From positions 928,001 to 992,000 of the forward strand of contig CBDBDQ010000005.1 of NCBI GenBank assembly GCA_965203905.1: a stretch of DNA of 64,000 nt, read 5' to 3'. A program made the position numbers and the translations under genes. This stretch comes from Spirochaetia bacterium (GTDB lineage: Bacteria; Spirochaetota; Spirochaetia; SZUA-6; Bin103). The notes under the pieces were generated by a model. That model searched no databases. It was not told the DNA's origin and saw only the letters and a list, made by a program, of their open reading frames with translations. Of the stretch, positions 9,779-18,756 are shown piece by piece (the first letter of the stretch is position 1; each line of letters opens with the position of its first letter).

Positions 9779-10615
9779 ATGTCGACCGATCATCAAACGA
9801 ACGACCCCGTCAGGCTCAACCATTTTCTGCAGCGGCACGCGGTGTTCACGGTCGACGAACTGGACCGGTTTCTGTCCGACCGGGGGTCACGCAACACGAG
9901 TACGCGCAGTTCGCTGTTGGCCTACCACCGCAAGCAGGGTCGCATCCTCCACGTGCGGCGCGGCCTGTATGCGACCGTGCCCTGGGGCATGGACCCGGCC
10001 TCCATGACGGTCGATCCCTATCTAGTCGCTGCCAAGATGACCGAGGACGCGGTATTGGCCTACCACACGGCACTGGAATTCCACGGCAGAGCGTACTCCG
10101 TGCATTGGAGGCTGGTCTACGTATCGGCGAGCAAGTCGCTTCCGCTCACCTTCCAGTCTCATGGATTCCGAGGCGCACCCGTTCCACCACCGCTGCTGGC
10201 GAGCGGCCAGGAAATGTTCGGTGTCACCGGCCACAATCGCTCAGGAGTGCAACTCCGAGTGACCAACCACGAACGAACCCTGGTCGATGTGCTGGACCGT
10301 CCCGACCTGACCGGTAGCTGGGAAGAGATATGGCGCTCTTTGGAGTCGGTGGAATTCTTCAGCCTGGATCAGGTCGTCGAGTATACCCGGCTGCTGGAGA
10401 ATGCGACCACCGCCGCAAAGGTGGGGTTCTTCCTCGAGCAGCACCGGGAGCCGTTGATGGTGGAAGAGGCGCATCTCGATGCGTTGCGCGAACTCCGCCC
10501 GCAGCAACCCCATTATCTGGCGCGGGCAAGGCGCAAGGGCTGCCAGTGGGTCAAAGGCTGGAACCTCATGATCCCGTCCGAGATCCTGAACCGGTCCTGG
10601 GGGGAGGTGCTGTGA
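9779..10615 (+). CDS. Type IV TA antitoxin, AbiEi family
   Basis: HVRRGLY wHTH, YHTALEFHG, VTNHERTLVDVLDRPDL; precedes AbiEii. Confidence 0.85.
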   Translation: MSTDHQTNDPVRLNHFLQRHAVFTVDELDRFLSDRGSRNTSTRSSLLAYHRKQGRILHVRRGLYATVPWGMDPASMTVDPYLVAAKMTEDAVLAYHTALEFHGRAYSVHWRLVYVSASKSLPLTFQSHGFRGAPVPPPLLASGQEMFGVTGHNRSGVQLRVTNHERTLVDVLDRPDLTGSWEEIWRSLESVEFFSLDQVVEYTRLLENATTAAKVGFFLEQHREPLMVEEAHLDALRELRPQQPHYLARARRKGCQWVKGWNLMIPSEILNRSWGEVL

Positions 10616-11583
10616 GATTCTCCACGGCGGAAATCCTGCCCATAGCCAGACCCGACGGGTTCGACGAGGGTACGGTCGAGAAAGTCCTCCATCTGGTGCA
10701 TCTCCTGAACGTCCTGAACTCTCACCCTGCGCTGAGAGGGAAGTGGGTCCTGAAGGGCGGCACCGCCTTGAACCTGTTCGTCCTGCGCCATCCGAGGCTG
10801 TCCGTAGACATCGACCTCAACTACATCGGCGCGCTGGCGCGCGAGGACATGCTGGCGGACCGTCCCAAGATCGAGCAGGCGGCCCACGCAGTGTTTTCCC
10901 GTGAAGGGTTCGCCGTTCGGAGGGTGCCGAGCGAACACGCCGGCGGAAAGTGGCGGCTGAGCTACCCGAGCTTCACCGGGCAGCCCGCAAACCTCGACGT
11001 GGATTTCAACTTCATGTACAGACAGCCGCTCTGGGAGGTTCACCATGCCGATTCTCACCCGCTCGGGGAGTTTCAAGCCAAGGGTATTCCTGTTCTCGAC
11101 CTGCACGAACTCGCGGCCGGCAAGCTCTCGGCGCTATTCTCGCGCCGACAGGCGAGAGACCTGTTCGATTGCCATCGCGTTCTCGATACCGACGAACTCC
11201 AGCCCGAATGGCTCCGCATCGCCTTCGTTGCCTACGGGGGTATGAACCGCAAGGATTGGCGGACCGTCTCGGTCGACGATGTGGACTTCGACAGCACGGA
11301 ATTGGCGAGGCAACTCGGTCCCGCCCTTCGCACCCGCCAACCGCCAGAGCAGAAGACATTGGCGGAGTACGGGGCGCGTCTTGTCGACGAGTGCAGGAGG
11401 GCGCTTTCCATCGTGCTCCCATTCACCGACGCCGAGCGCGCATTCCTGGACCTGCTGCTGGACCGAGGGGAAGTCGACGCATCGATCTTGACGTCTGACA
11501 TGACCCTGCGGGAGCGCATCCAGGCCCAGCCGCTGCTCGAGTGGAAGGCGCTCAATGTGCGGCGGCACAGGGGACTATCCTGA
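10612..11583 (+). CDS. Type IV TA toxin, AbiEii/AbiGii nucleotidyltransferase
   Basis: VLKGGTAL..RLSVDIDL, ELAAGKLSAL, ARDLFD; GTGA overlap. Confidence 0.9.
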   Translation: MRFSTAEILPIARPDGFDEGTVEKVLHLVHLLNVLNSHPALRGKWVLKGGTALNLFVLRHPRLSVDIDLNYIGALAREDMLADRPKIEQAAHAVFSREGFAVRRVPSEHAGGKWRLSYPSFTGQPANLDVDFNFMYRQPLWEVHHADSHPLGEFQAKGIPVLDLHELAAGKLSALFSRRQARDLFDCHRVLDTDELQPEWLRIAFVAYGGMNRKDWRTVSVDDVDFDSTELARQLGPALRTRQPPEQKTLAEYGARLVDECRRALSIVLPFTDAERAFLDLLLDRGEVDASILTSDMTLRERIQAQPLLEWKALNVRRHRGLS

Positions 11584-11779
11584 ACTTGGACGCTTGTCGG
11601 TCAACCGACGGGGTCGCGGCGAAGCAACCGCATCAAGCGGAGTAAACCGCACCGGGAGCAGCGCAGAATCGTCCTGCGAAGGACGCCGGGATCAGCAGCA
11701 GCATGCGGCGGATGGCTGTGGCGCCACGAGAAGGTGGGCCGCACCCAATCGATTTGCGATCAGGCCGAACGCGCCTCAT

Positions 11780-12114
11780 TCAGTGGGTTCGTTCCAGCTT
11801 CTGCAGGGCCTTACGGGCGTGCTCGGCGGCGCGTGCGCCTACTCCGCCGGCCACCGCGCCACCGCCGCCGCGCAGGCCCGGGTCGAGCGGGTCGAGCAGG
11901 GTCGCGCAACGCGTCGCCCACCATGTTCAGGCAGTACACCACCAGCGTCAGCGCCACCCCCGGCCACATCGCCAGCCGCGGCGCCATCTCCATGTACTGC
12001 CGCCCCTCACGGCTCAGCAGCGTGCCCCAGCTCGGCAGTCCGGCGGCAGCCCGAACCCCAGAAAGCTCAACGACGCCTCCGCGATGATCGCCCAGCCGAT
12101 CGTGATCGAGTAGA
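11780..12114 (-). pseudogene. Degenerate copy of dppC-like 3' end (cf. 17778-18100)
   Basis: High visual identity with small indels; SWGTLLSREGRQYMEMAPRLA. Confidence 0.9.
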
Positions 12115-12219
12115 GGGATTCCTCGAATACGCCCTTTCGGAAGCGCTCGAAGTCCACACCCCGAGAAGCACGCGCTCTGATCCGCGTCTTGCTGGATGAA
12201 CACCTCGACTGGCGTCTGG
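12113..12219 (+). repeat. Copy of DUF433 3' end / DUF5615 5' end (17337-17441)
   Basis: GAGGGATTCCTCGAATACGCC...CTCGACTGGCGTCTGG near-identical. Confidence 0.9.
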
Positions 12220-12245
12220 GGTGCGCGCCGGTCTGCTGCCGCCCG

Positions 12246-12485
12246 TCAGGCGAGGATCTCTGTGGGAGTTACGACCCGGCCCGCGAATCGGTCGAGGAAG
12301 TGGTCACGGTCCCAGGTCACGAGCGTGGTCACGAATGCCATGTGCTTGGCGGGCAGTCAACAGGAACTGTACAGGAACTGGGTGCCACCGAGAGACATCC
12401 GCTGTTGAAGAAGCGCGAACAGCTCTCCGACGCCCATCTTCGGGACCGACGCGACGAACGGGACCGTGAGACGAACCTTCACCAT
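12246..12485 (-). pseudogene. PIN-domain-like C-terminal remnant
   Basis: TLVTWDRDHFLDRFAGRVVTPTEILA* resembles PIN C-terminus; frame disrupted. Confidence 0.45.
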
Positions 12486-12512
12486 GCTCGATGCGTCGTG
12501 CCGCGCTTGTCG

Positions 12513-12770
12513 CTACTTGTCCACCTTGGCAACCAGCGGGTACCTCTCCGGATGCTGAATGCGATCAACGTCAAGGTCTACGTCGAGGTCGGGCCAGTGG
12601 AAGTGCCCATCCCGCTCTTCGATGACATTGAACACCTGATCCACGGAAGCCCGCCGAAACCACGGAAAACAATCGTGGTCCAGGAACAACTCGGTGTCAC
12701 GCCATGCCAGCCATAGGCCGGCCGGAGTGAGCTGCACAACCTCAGCTCGCGAAGTGCTGATTCCAGGCAT
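12513..12770 (-). CDS. DUF2442 family protein (putative antitoxin)
   Basis: ELFL..FPWFRRAS..HWPDLDVDL..HPERYPL. Confidence 0.85.
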   Translation of the reverse strand: MPGISTSRAEVVQLTPAGLWLAWRDTELFLDHDCFPWFRRASVDQVFNVIEERDGHFHWPDLDVDLDVDRIQHPERYPLVAKVDK

Positions 12771-12890
12771 TTACAATCTCCTCCTTTCGTCGCTCGATGA
12801 TTCGCTGGATCTCTCTCGATTCGTGGGCGCTGATGCCTCTTTGGTGGTTGCCACAGTTGCCTCGGAGCATATTCCGCTTCCAGTCGTGAC
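12742..12890 (-). pseudogene. DUF4160 C-terminal remnant
   Basis: REIQRIIERRKEEIVNAWNQHFAS* overlapping DUF2442 start; no intact N-terminus. Confidence 0.7.
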
Positions 12891-12995
12891 CTGGATCCGT
12901 TCAGTCTGCAACGGCCGGGCCAACCCTACGGCTGCAAGCGGCCCGAGGTTGATCATGGTTCCCGTAGCGCCAGTGTCCAGGGCGAGAACGCCGGC

Positions 12996-13572
12996 TCACG
13001 ATGCTGGTCCGTCTCCGTGCGATGCGCGCAACGCTCTCAATCGCGCCAGAGTGTCCGGCGCTTCCTTCAACTCGCACAGCGGTTGCAACTCGGCTTCAAC
13101 CAAGGCCCAGTCGAGCCGGCGGCCCATGCGTAGCACTATGCCTTCAATATCCGCCCAGTCACGCGAGCGATCAGCAAATGCTTTGAGCGTTATCAGGTCT
13201 TCCGCCGAGCAGGTGTTCAGACAGGCCGCCGGCAGGAATTGGTGGTAGGTCGCTCGTTCGACTACGCGCTGCTCGAACGGCAGTACCAAGGGAGATGTCG
13301 ATCGGAATGCGGCGCGTGGACTGGAGCAGGAGCACCCGGGTTCGTTCTGCAAATTCCGCGGCGTCCGCAATGCGTCCAGGAAACGCGCGGCAGAGCTGTT
13401 CGATATACGCCGTCTCGTCGCCGAACCCGGTAAGGATGGTGAGATCCACGTCCCCGGTGAGGCGTGGCTCCCCCCACCGCTGCAGCGCCAAGCCACCGAT
13501 GAAGCAGAATTTCCAGCCGCGCTCCCGGCAGAACGACTGGATGTCATTCGCCAGGCGAAAGAGGTCGCGCAT
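12996..13572 (-). pseudogene. Nucleotidyltransferase (pol-beta-like) with frameshift near 13285
   Basis: FIGGLALQRWGEPRLTGDVD in one frame; CSAEDLITLKAFADRSRDWADI in another. Confidence 0.8.
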
Positions 13573-13789
13573 CCCGGATTCTGGCAAACATCGCCTGCTG
13601 CTGCACCAGCCCGGAGGTGGTGCGCACAGGACCCGCGAGCGTCGCTTCGAACGCACCATCAAGTGCATCGATGTGGTCGGCCACTTCGACGTCGCGGAGT
13701 TCGGACCGTCTCAGCGCCGCCAGCCTGGCGCCGGCGACACGCCACCGTTCGACGAACCCGCGCAATTCGCCGTCAAGATCGCCCGCCAT
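13544..13789 (-). CDS. Small protein upstream of nucleotidyltransferase (putative antitoxin)
   Basis: 81 aa, overlaps NTase start; FVERWRVAGARLAALRRSELR. Confidence 0.65.
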   Translation of the reverse strand: MAGDLDGELRGFVERWRVAGARLAALRRSELRDVEVADHIDALDGAFEATLAGPVRTTSGLVQQQAMFARIRDARPLSPGE

Positions 13790-13872
13790 GAGAGGCAGTG
13801 TACGGGTTTCCGATCAGGTCCGACAACAATCCGAATTGTCTCACGTCTTGAGCGATCAAGTGACGCGGCAGC

Positions 13873-13929
13873 TCAGCGCGATCGTTCCAGCTTCTGCAGG
13901 GCCTTGGTGGCGCGCTCGGCGGTGCGCAC
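13873..13929 (-). repeat. Third copy of extreme dppC 3' end (ATKALQKLERSR*)
   Basis: TCAGCGCGATCGTTCCAGCTTCTGCAGGGCCTT matches 17778 onward. Confidence 0.85.
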
Positions 13930-13944
13930 GCCACACGTGACGCA

Positions 13945-14081
13945 GCAGCGTCCGAGGCGGGGTCCAGCGCGGCCCTCGCGGTGGCAAAGAACTGCTTCCG
14001 GTCCGCCGCGGCGCCGCGGGCGGCGCCATAGGAGATCTCGGACACTTCGAGATTCGTCCGTCCCAGTGGTCGTTGGAGCAT
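13945..14081 (-). pseudogene. Aldo/keto reductase N-terminal fragment
   Basis: MLQRPLGRTNLEVSEISYG. Confidence 0.7.
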
Positions 14082-14085
14082 GTGG

Positions 14086-14340
14086 TCATCTCTTGTCGGC
14101 AGCGCGCGCCTGGACGGTGCAGAAGACGCGCTGCGGCGTCACGTTGAACAGCGGGTCCGGCTGCTCGTTGGCGCGCAACTCGCGACGGGCGATGGGCAAT
14201 CCCGCTCCCCATCTCTGCACGAGGTTGAGGACCCTCATCGCCTCCGCCAGCAGCGGGTTGCGGTACGCAACGAAGCTCGGCTGTCCGAAATTCTCCGCCG
14301 ACACCTCTCCGTAGGGACCGCCCGGACTGTTGATTTCGAT
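14086..14340 (-). pseudogene. C-terminal fragment of RecG-C/HATPase_c_4-type ATP-binding protein
   Basis: SPGGPYG..YRNPLLAEAMRVLNLVQRWGAG. Confidence 0.65.
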
Positions 14341-14365
14341 CCGGTCGTCAACCCGGTACCGCGCT

Positions 14366-14761
14366 TCAGATGGTGGTGACCAGGGCGGCGTCCCGGATGC
14401 GGCGGTCGTTGGTGAGCAGGGCGGCGCCGTGTACGTGCGCGCTCGCGACGATGATCCGGTCGGCCGGATCGCGGTGAAACGAGTCAGGCAGCGCCGCCAC
14501 CTCGGACGCGATGGATGGAGAAAGTTCCACTACGCGCACCAGCGGAGCCGCCACCGCCCGCTCCAGCCAGTGGCGTAGCGGCCGGTCCAGGCGCAACCGC
14601 CCGAGACTCACCAGCGTGGCGATCTCCCACAGACTGATCGACGCCACCAGCAGTGGCCGTGCGGCGCTTGCCAACTCCACCGCATGGCGTTGCGCCGCGC
14701 TCAGGTCGTCCGGATGTGATACCCAGCGCACCAGGATGTGGGTGTCGAGGAGCGCCTTCAA
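14366..14761 (-). CDS. vapC: VapC PIN-domain toxin
   Basis: LLDTHILV, SISLWEI, HRDPADRIIVA, LTNDRRI; TTG start overlapping antitoxin stop. Confidence 0.9.
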   Translation of the reverse strand: MKALLDTHILVRWVSHPDDLSAAQRHAVELASAARPLLVASISLWEIATLVSLGRLRLDRPLRHWLERAVAAPLVRVVELSPSIASEVAALPDSFHRDPADRIIVASAHVHGAALLTNDRRIRDAALVTTI

Positions 14762-15003
14762 ACCTCGCCTGACTCGGCTTCCCACGCGGACGCAGGCAGC
14801 ACCGGCGACTCGATGTCACCGAGCACCTGGACGCTGCCGCGCAGTTCATCCTGAGGGTACCCCTGTTCCGGTAACAGCGGCGGCGTCAGCTGCGCCACCG
14901 GGTGCCCCCGTTTCAGAATCGTGATCGGCTCGCGGGTCGAGTTCACGTGGTCGAGCAGCGCCAAGCAGCGGGCCTTGAATTCCGATGCGTTGATCATTGT
15001 CAT
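14758..15003 (-). CDS. Phd/YefM antitoxin
   Basis: INASEFKARCLALLD..ITILKRGHPVAQL. Confidence 0.9.
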   Translation of the reverse strand: MTMINASEFKARCLALLDHVNSTREPITILKRGHPVAQLTPPLLPEQGYPQDELRGSVQVLGDIESPVLPASAWEAESGEV

Positions 15004-15053
15004 TATGTGACCAGGATACATGACCAGTCATGTGGCGGTCAATCGGGCTGATG

Positions 15054-15301
15054 ATGCAGCGCCAGCAACACTTGCCCCGGTATGATCTGGCAGTGATTCT
15101 GCTTCCATCAGCGCATCAGCGAGCAATCGCCTGAAGGATACCGCGAGGATGGTTGTAGCCGACAGCACGATCGCGCCGCTGACCGCGCACACCGGCCGCT
15201 CCCGGATCAGCCGGCGCAGCAGGTCGCGCAGGAACGACTGGCCCTGCGCCCCCGTCGCTTGCGGCGCGGTCACCTCACCCACTACCGATCCCTTACTTGT
15301 A
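15054..15301. repeat. Deleted copy of 17570-18765: DUF5615 internal piece (15054-15154) fused to dppC 5'/dppB 3' piece (15163-15301)
   Basis: Direct matches to 17570-17662 and 18627-18765, same order and orientation. Confidence 0.88.
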
Positions 15302-15713
15302 GCTCCGGGTAGACGGCCTGGCAGAACCGCAAGACGGCAGTCAGGTTGGTGTCGATCACCCGCTGCCAGGTCTCGAACTGCACGGTGTGGGTGGGCTGAC
15401 CGCCATGACCCACGCCGGCGTTGTTGACCAGGATGTTGACGCCGCCGAGCTCGCGCACCGCGGTGTCCACGGTGGCGGTAATGTCTTCATGCTGCAGCAC
15501 ATCGCAGCGCACACCGATGCCGCGCCGCCTCATCGCCTCTACTTCGCTGACGACGGCAGCCGTCTTGTGCTCGTTGCGGGCTGCCACCACGATGTCTGCA
15601 CCGTGCGAGTGTGTTGCCCCATGCGAGACTCGTTCGACCTGACGGCCAGGGTGGCGATCGTTACCGGCGGCAACGGCGGCATTGGGCGGGCGATTGCCCT
15701 GGGGCGCGCCGGG
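15302..15713. pseudogene. SDR (KduD-like) pseudogene: body on minus strand (15302-15603), N-terminus on plus strand (15621-15713)
   Basis: MRDSFDLTARVAIVTGGNGGIG (+); GADIVVAARN..ILVNNAG (-); no YxxxK. Confidence 0.8.
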
Positions 15714-15857
15714 ACAACTGCATCAACTGCATCCCCCACCATTACGCGCTGGATAAAGCGGGGCTGGCGGCTCACAAGACCCAGGAATCCCGTATGATGC
15801 GGCCATGAAAGTTGAGTGCACCGAGGGCCGGTACGCGTTCGCTACCGGGAGCGACTG

Positions 15858-16619
15858 ATGTCGGCACGGCTTGCAGGGAAGGTGGCGATCATAACCGGCG
15901 CTACGGGCGGCATCGGCCGCGTGGCAGGAGAGCTGTTCGCCGCGGAAGGCGCGCGCCTGCTGCTGGTCGATCTGGAGGAGACGGCGCTGCAGCAGACCGC
16001 GGCCGCGATCGGCCATGCCGCCAGCTACGCGGTGGCGGACGTCACCGATCCGGCGCAGACGGAGGCGTACGTGGCGACCGCGCTCCAGCGCTACGGCAAG
16101 GTGGACCTGTTCCTCAACAATGCCGGCATCGAGGGCGACGTGGCGCCGATCACCGATTACGACATCGCCACCTTCGACCGGGTGATGGCGGTCAACGTGC
16201 GCGGCGTCTGGCTGGGCCTGAAGTACGTGATGGCGGCGATGCGCGAACGTGGCGGCAGCATCGTCATCACCTCGTCGATCGCCGGGCTGGTCGGCACCAC
16301 CGGCATGTCCGCCTACCACGGGAGCAAGCACGCGGTGATCGGCCTGATGCGCTGCGCGGCGATCGAAGGCGGACCGCACGGCATCCGGGTGAACACGGTC
16401 AACCCCGGCCCCACCGAGACCCGCATGATGCGCTCGATCGAGGATATGAACGTGCCGGGCCGCGGCGAGAAGTTCAAGCAACGGCTGACCAGGGGCACGC
16501 TGGACGGGCGCTACGGCGAACCGGAGGAGGTGGCGCGGATGATGCTGTTCCTGTGCAGCGACGAGAGCGCCCACTGCACCGGCGGCGTATTCGTGGTCGA
16601 CGGCGGCCTGACCCTGTAG
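15858..16619 (+). CDS. SDR family oxidoreductase
   Basis: TGATGGIG, NNAG, YHGSK, VDGG. Confidence 0.92.
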   Translation: MSARLAGKVAIITGATGGIGRVAGELFAAEGARLLLVDLEETALQQTAAAIGHAASYAVADVTDPAQTEAYVATALQRYGKVDLFLNNAGIEGDVAPITDYDIATFDRVMAVNVRGVWLGLKYVMAAMRERGGSIVITSSIAGLVGTTGMSAYHGSKHAVIGLMRCAAIEGGPHGIRVNTVNPGPTETRMMRSIEDMNVPGRGEKFKQRLTRGTLDGRYGEPEEVARMMLFLCSDESAHCTGGVFVVDGGLTL

Positions 16620-16667
16620 CCGATCCGACGTGCCGCGTCTCCGAGTGGAATTATGTTAGCAAGCATT

Positions 16668-17115
16668 ATGTCGATTGATCATCAAACGACCGGTCCGGTC
16701 AGGCTCAACCACTTTCTGCAGCGGCACGCGGTGTTCACGGTGGACGAGCTGGACCGGTTTCTGTCCGACCGGGGGTCACGCAACACGAGTACGCGCAGTT
16801 CGCTGTTGGCCTACCACCGCAAGCAGGGTCGCATCCTCCACGTGCGGCGCGGCCTGTATGCGACCGTGCCCTGGGGCATGGACCCGGCCTCCATGACGGT
16901 CGATCCGTCAACGCAACCCACGCCACATCGCCAGCCGCGGCGCCATCTCCAAAGGTACTGGCGCCCCCCACAGCTCAGCATCGTGCCCCAGCTCGGCAGG
17001 TCCGGCCGCAACCCGAACCCCAGAAAGCTCAAAGACGCCTCCGCGATAATCGCCCACCCGATCGGGCCGGAAGGGCTGGCACATCCCACCCCTGCATGTA
17101 GTTCTCGGCGATGGC
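16668..17115. repeat. Mosaic: abiEi 5' copy (16668-16906), dppC 3' piece (16906-17064), SBP-paralog piece (17065-17115)
   Basis: Matches to 9779-10017, ~11945-12100/17932-18088 and ~20500-20535. Confidence 0.88.
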
Positions 17116-17171
17116 GTCGAAAAGCAATCAATTGACATCAGGTTGCGCACGGGTTGATATATGATAGCGCG

Positions 17172-17402
17172 ATGGATAAGAGGCGGATATACCACTCCGA
17201 TCCGGAAATAATGGGAGGCGTGTCCGTGTTTACCGGCACGCGGGTTCCCGTGGACAGTCTGATAGCGCACCTGAAGGCAGGGGACTCTCTTGAGCAATTC
17301 CTCGAGGGGTTCCCGAGCGTGAGTCGTGAACAGGCTGAGGGATTCCTCGAATACGCCCTTTCGGAAGCGCTCGAGTCCACACCCCGAGAGCACGCGCACT
17401 GA
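17172..17402 (+). CDS. DUF433 family antitoxin
   Basis: DPEIMGG..FTGTRVPV..FLEGFPSVSREQ; TTGACA at 17132 upstream. Confidence 0.88.
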   Translation: MDKRRIYHSDPEIMGGVSVFTGTRVPVDSLIAHLKAGDSLEQFLEGFPSVSREQAEGFLEYALSEALESTPREHAH

Positions 17403-17728
17403 TCCGCGTCTTGCTGGATGAACACCTCGACTGGCGTCTGGCACGCTCTTTCGACCATGCACACGAGGTTCGTTCCGTCCGTGGGATGGGCTGGTCGGGG
17501 ATGCGCAACGGGGAATTGCTGGCCGTGGCGGAGGACCAGTTCGACGTGCTCATAACGATGGATCAGAACATGCAGCACCAGCAACACTTGCCCCGGTATG
17601 ATCTGGCAGTGATTCTCCTTTCATCAGTGAGCAATCGGCTGCAGGATACCGCGAGGATGGTTCCGTCGATCGAGAGAGTGCTGTCTGCCGGGATCGAGCC
17701 GGGAAATCTGTATCTGGTAGTCGATTGA
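17399..17728 (+). CDS. DUF5615 PIN-like toxin (start uncertain)
   Basis: RVLLDEHL, GWSGMRNGELL, FDVLITMDQN; no ATG at the expected position (CTG 17399 or TTG 17411). Confidence 0.8.
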   Translation: MIRVLLDEHLDWRLARSFDHAHEVRSVRGMGWSGMRNGELLAVAEDQFDVLITMDQNMQHQQHLPRYDLAVILLSSVSNRLQDTARMVPSIERVLSAGIEPGNLYLVVD

Positions 17729-17777
17729 GCCGGTCCATCCGCAGTCTCCGAGCGGCAAACCGCGCCTGCTGTGCTGC

Positions 17778-18746
17778 TCAGCGGGATCGTTCCAGCTTCT
17801 GCAGGGCCTTCGTGGCGCGCTCGGCGGCGCGGGCGCCTACTCCGCCGGCCACCCCGCCGCCGCCGCGCAGGCGCGGGTCGAGCAGGTCGCGCAGCGCGTC
17901 GCCCACCATGTTCAGGCAGTACACCACCAGCGTCAGCGCCACCCCCGGCCAGATCGCCAGCCGCGGCGCCATCTCCATGTACTGCCGCCCCTCACGGCTC
18001 AGCATCGTGCCCCAGCTCGGCACGTCCGGCGGCAGCCCGAAGCCCAGAAAGCTCAACGACGCCTCCGCCATGATCGCCCACCCGATCGTGAGCGAGTAGA
18101 TGATGATGATCGGCGCCGTGATGTTGGGCCACACGTGGCGCAGCAGCGTCCGCCACGACGAGCTGCCGATCGCATGCGCCGCCTCGAAGTAGGCGTTGCC
18201 CTTGATGCCGATCACCGCGCCGCGCACCACCCGCGAGTTGGCCACCCCGGAGGCCAGCGCCAGCATGCCGATGATCTGCGGGATGCCCTGGCCGACGATG
18301 GTCATTATGGTCAACAGCAGCAGCAGACCGGGAAACGACATCCAGGCGTCCACCAGGCGCTGCACGGCCAAGTCCAGCTTGCCGCCCACGAACCCCGCCA
18401 CCCCGCCGATCAGCAGCGACACGACCACGCTCAGAGTGGTGGCGGCGAACCCCACCCCGAGCGACACCCGCGCCCCGTACAGCAGGCGGCTGAACAGGTC
18501 GCGGCCGATGTGGTCGGTGCCCAGCGGGTAGGTGCTCGACGGCCCCTTGAGCCGGTCGATCATGGTCATGTCCATGAAGTGGAACGGCGCCAGCAGGTCG
18601 GCGAAGATCGCCACCAGGCACAGCAGCAGCACGATCGCGCCGCTGACCGCGCCCACCGGCCGCTCCCGGATCAGCCGGCGCAGCAGGTCGCGCAGGAACG
18701 ACTGGCCCTGCGCCCCCTTCACTTGCGGCGCGGTCACCTCACCCAC
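17778..18746 (-). CDS. Dpp/Opp-type ABC permease (DppC-like)
   Basis: LGTDHIGRDLFSRLLYG, EASLSFLGFG, GDALRDLLDPR. Confidence 0.92.
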   Translation of the reverse strand: MGEVTAPQVKGAQGQSFLRDLLRRLIRERPVGAVSGAIVLLLCLVAIFADLLAPFHFMDMTMIDRLKGPSSTYPLGTDHIGRDLFSRLLYGARVSLGVGFAATTLSVVVSLLIGGVAGFVGGKLDLAVQRLVDAWMSFPGLLLLLTIMTIVGQGIPQIIGMLALASGVANSRVVRGAVIGIKGNAYFEAAHAIGSSSWRTLLRHVWPNITAPIIIIYSLTIGWAIMAEASLSFLGFGLPPDVPSWGTMLSREGRQYMEMAPRLAIWPGVALTLVVYCLNMVGDALRDLLDPRLRGGGGVAGGVGARAAERATKALQKLERSR

Positions 18747-18756
18747 TACCGATCCC

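Noticed and set aside
16668-16906. DGR template/variable repeat pair with abiEi
   Set aside because: Differences are not adenine-specific and no reverse transcriptase is present
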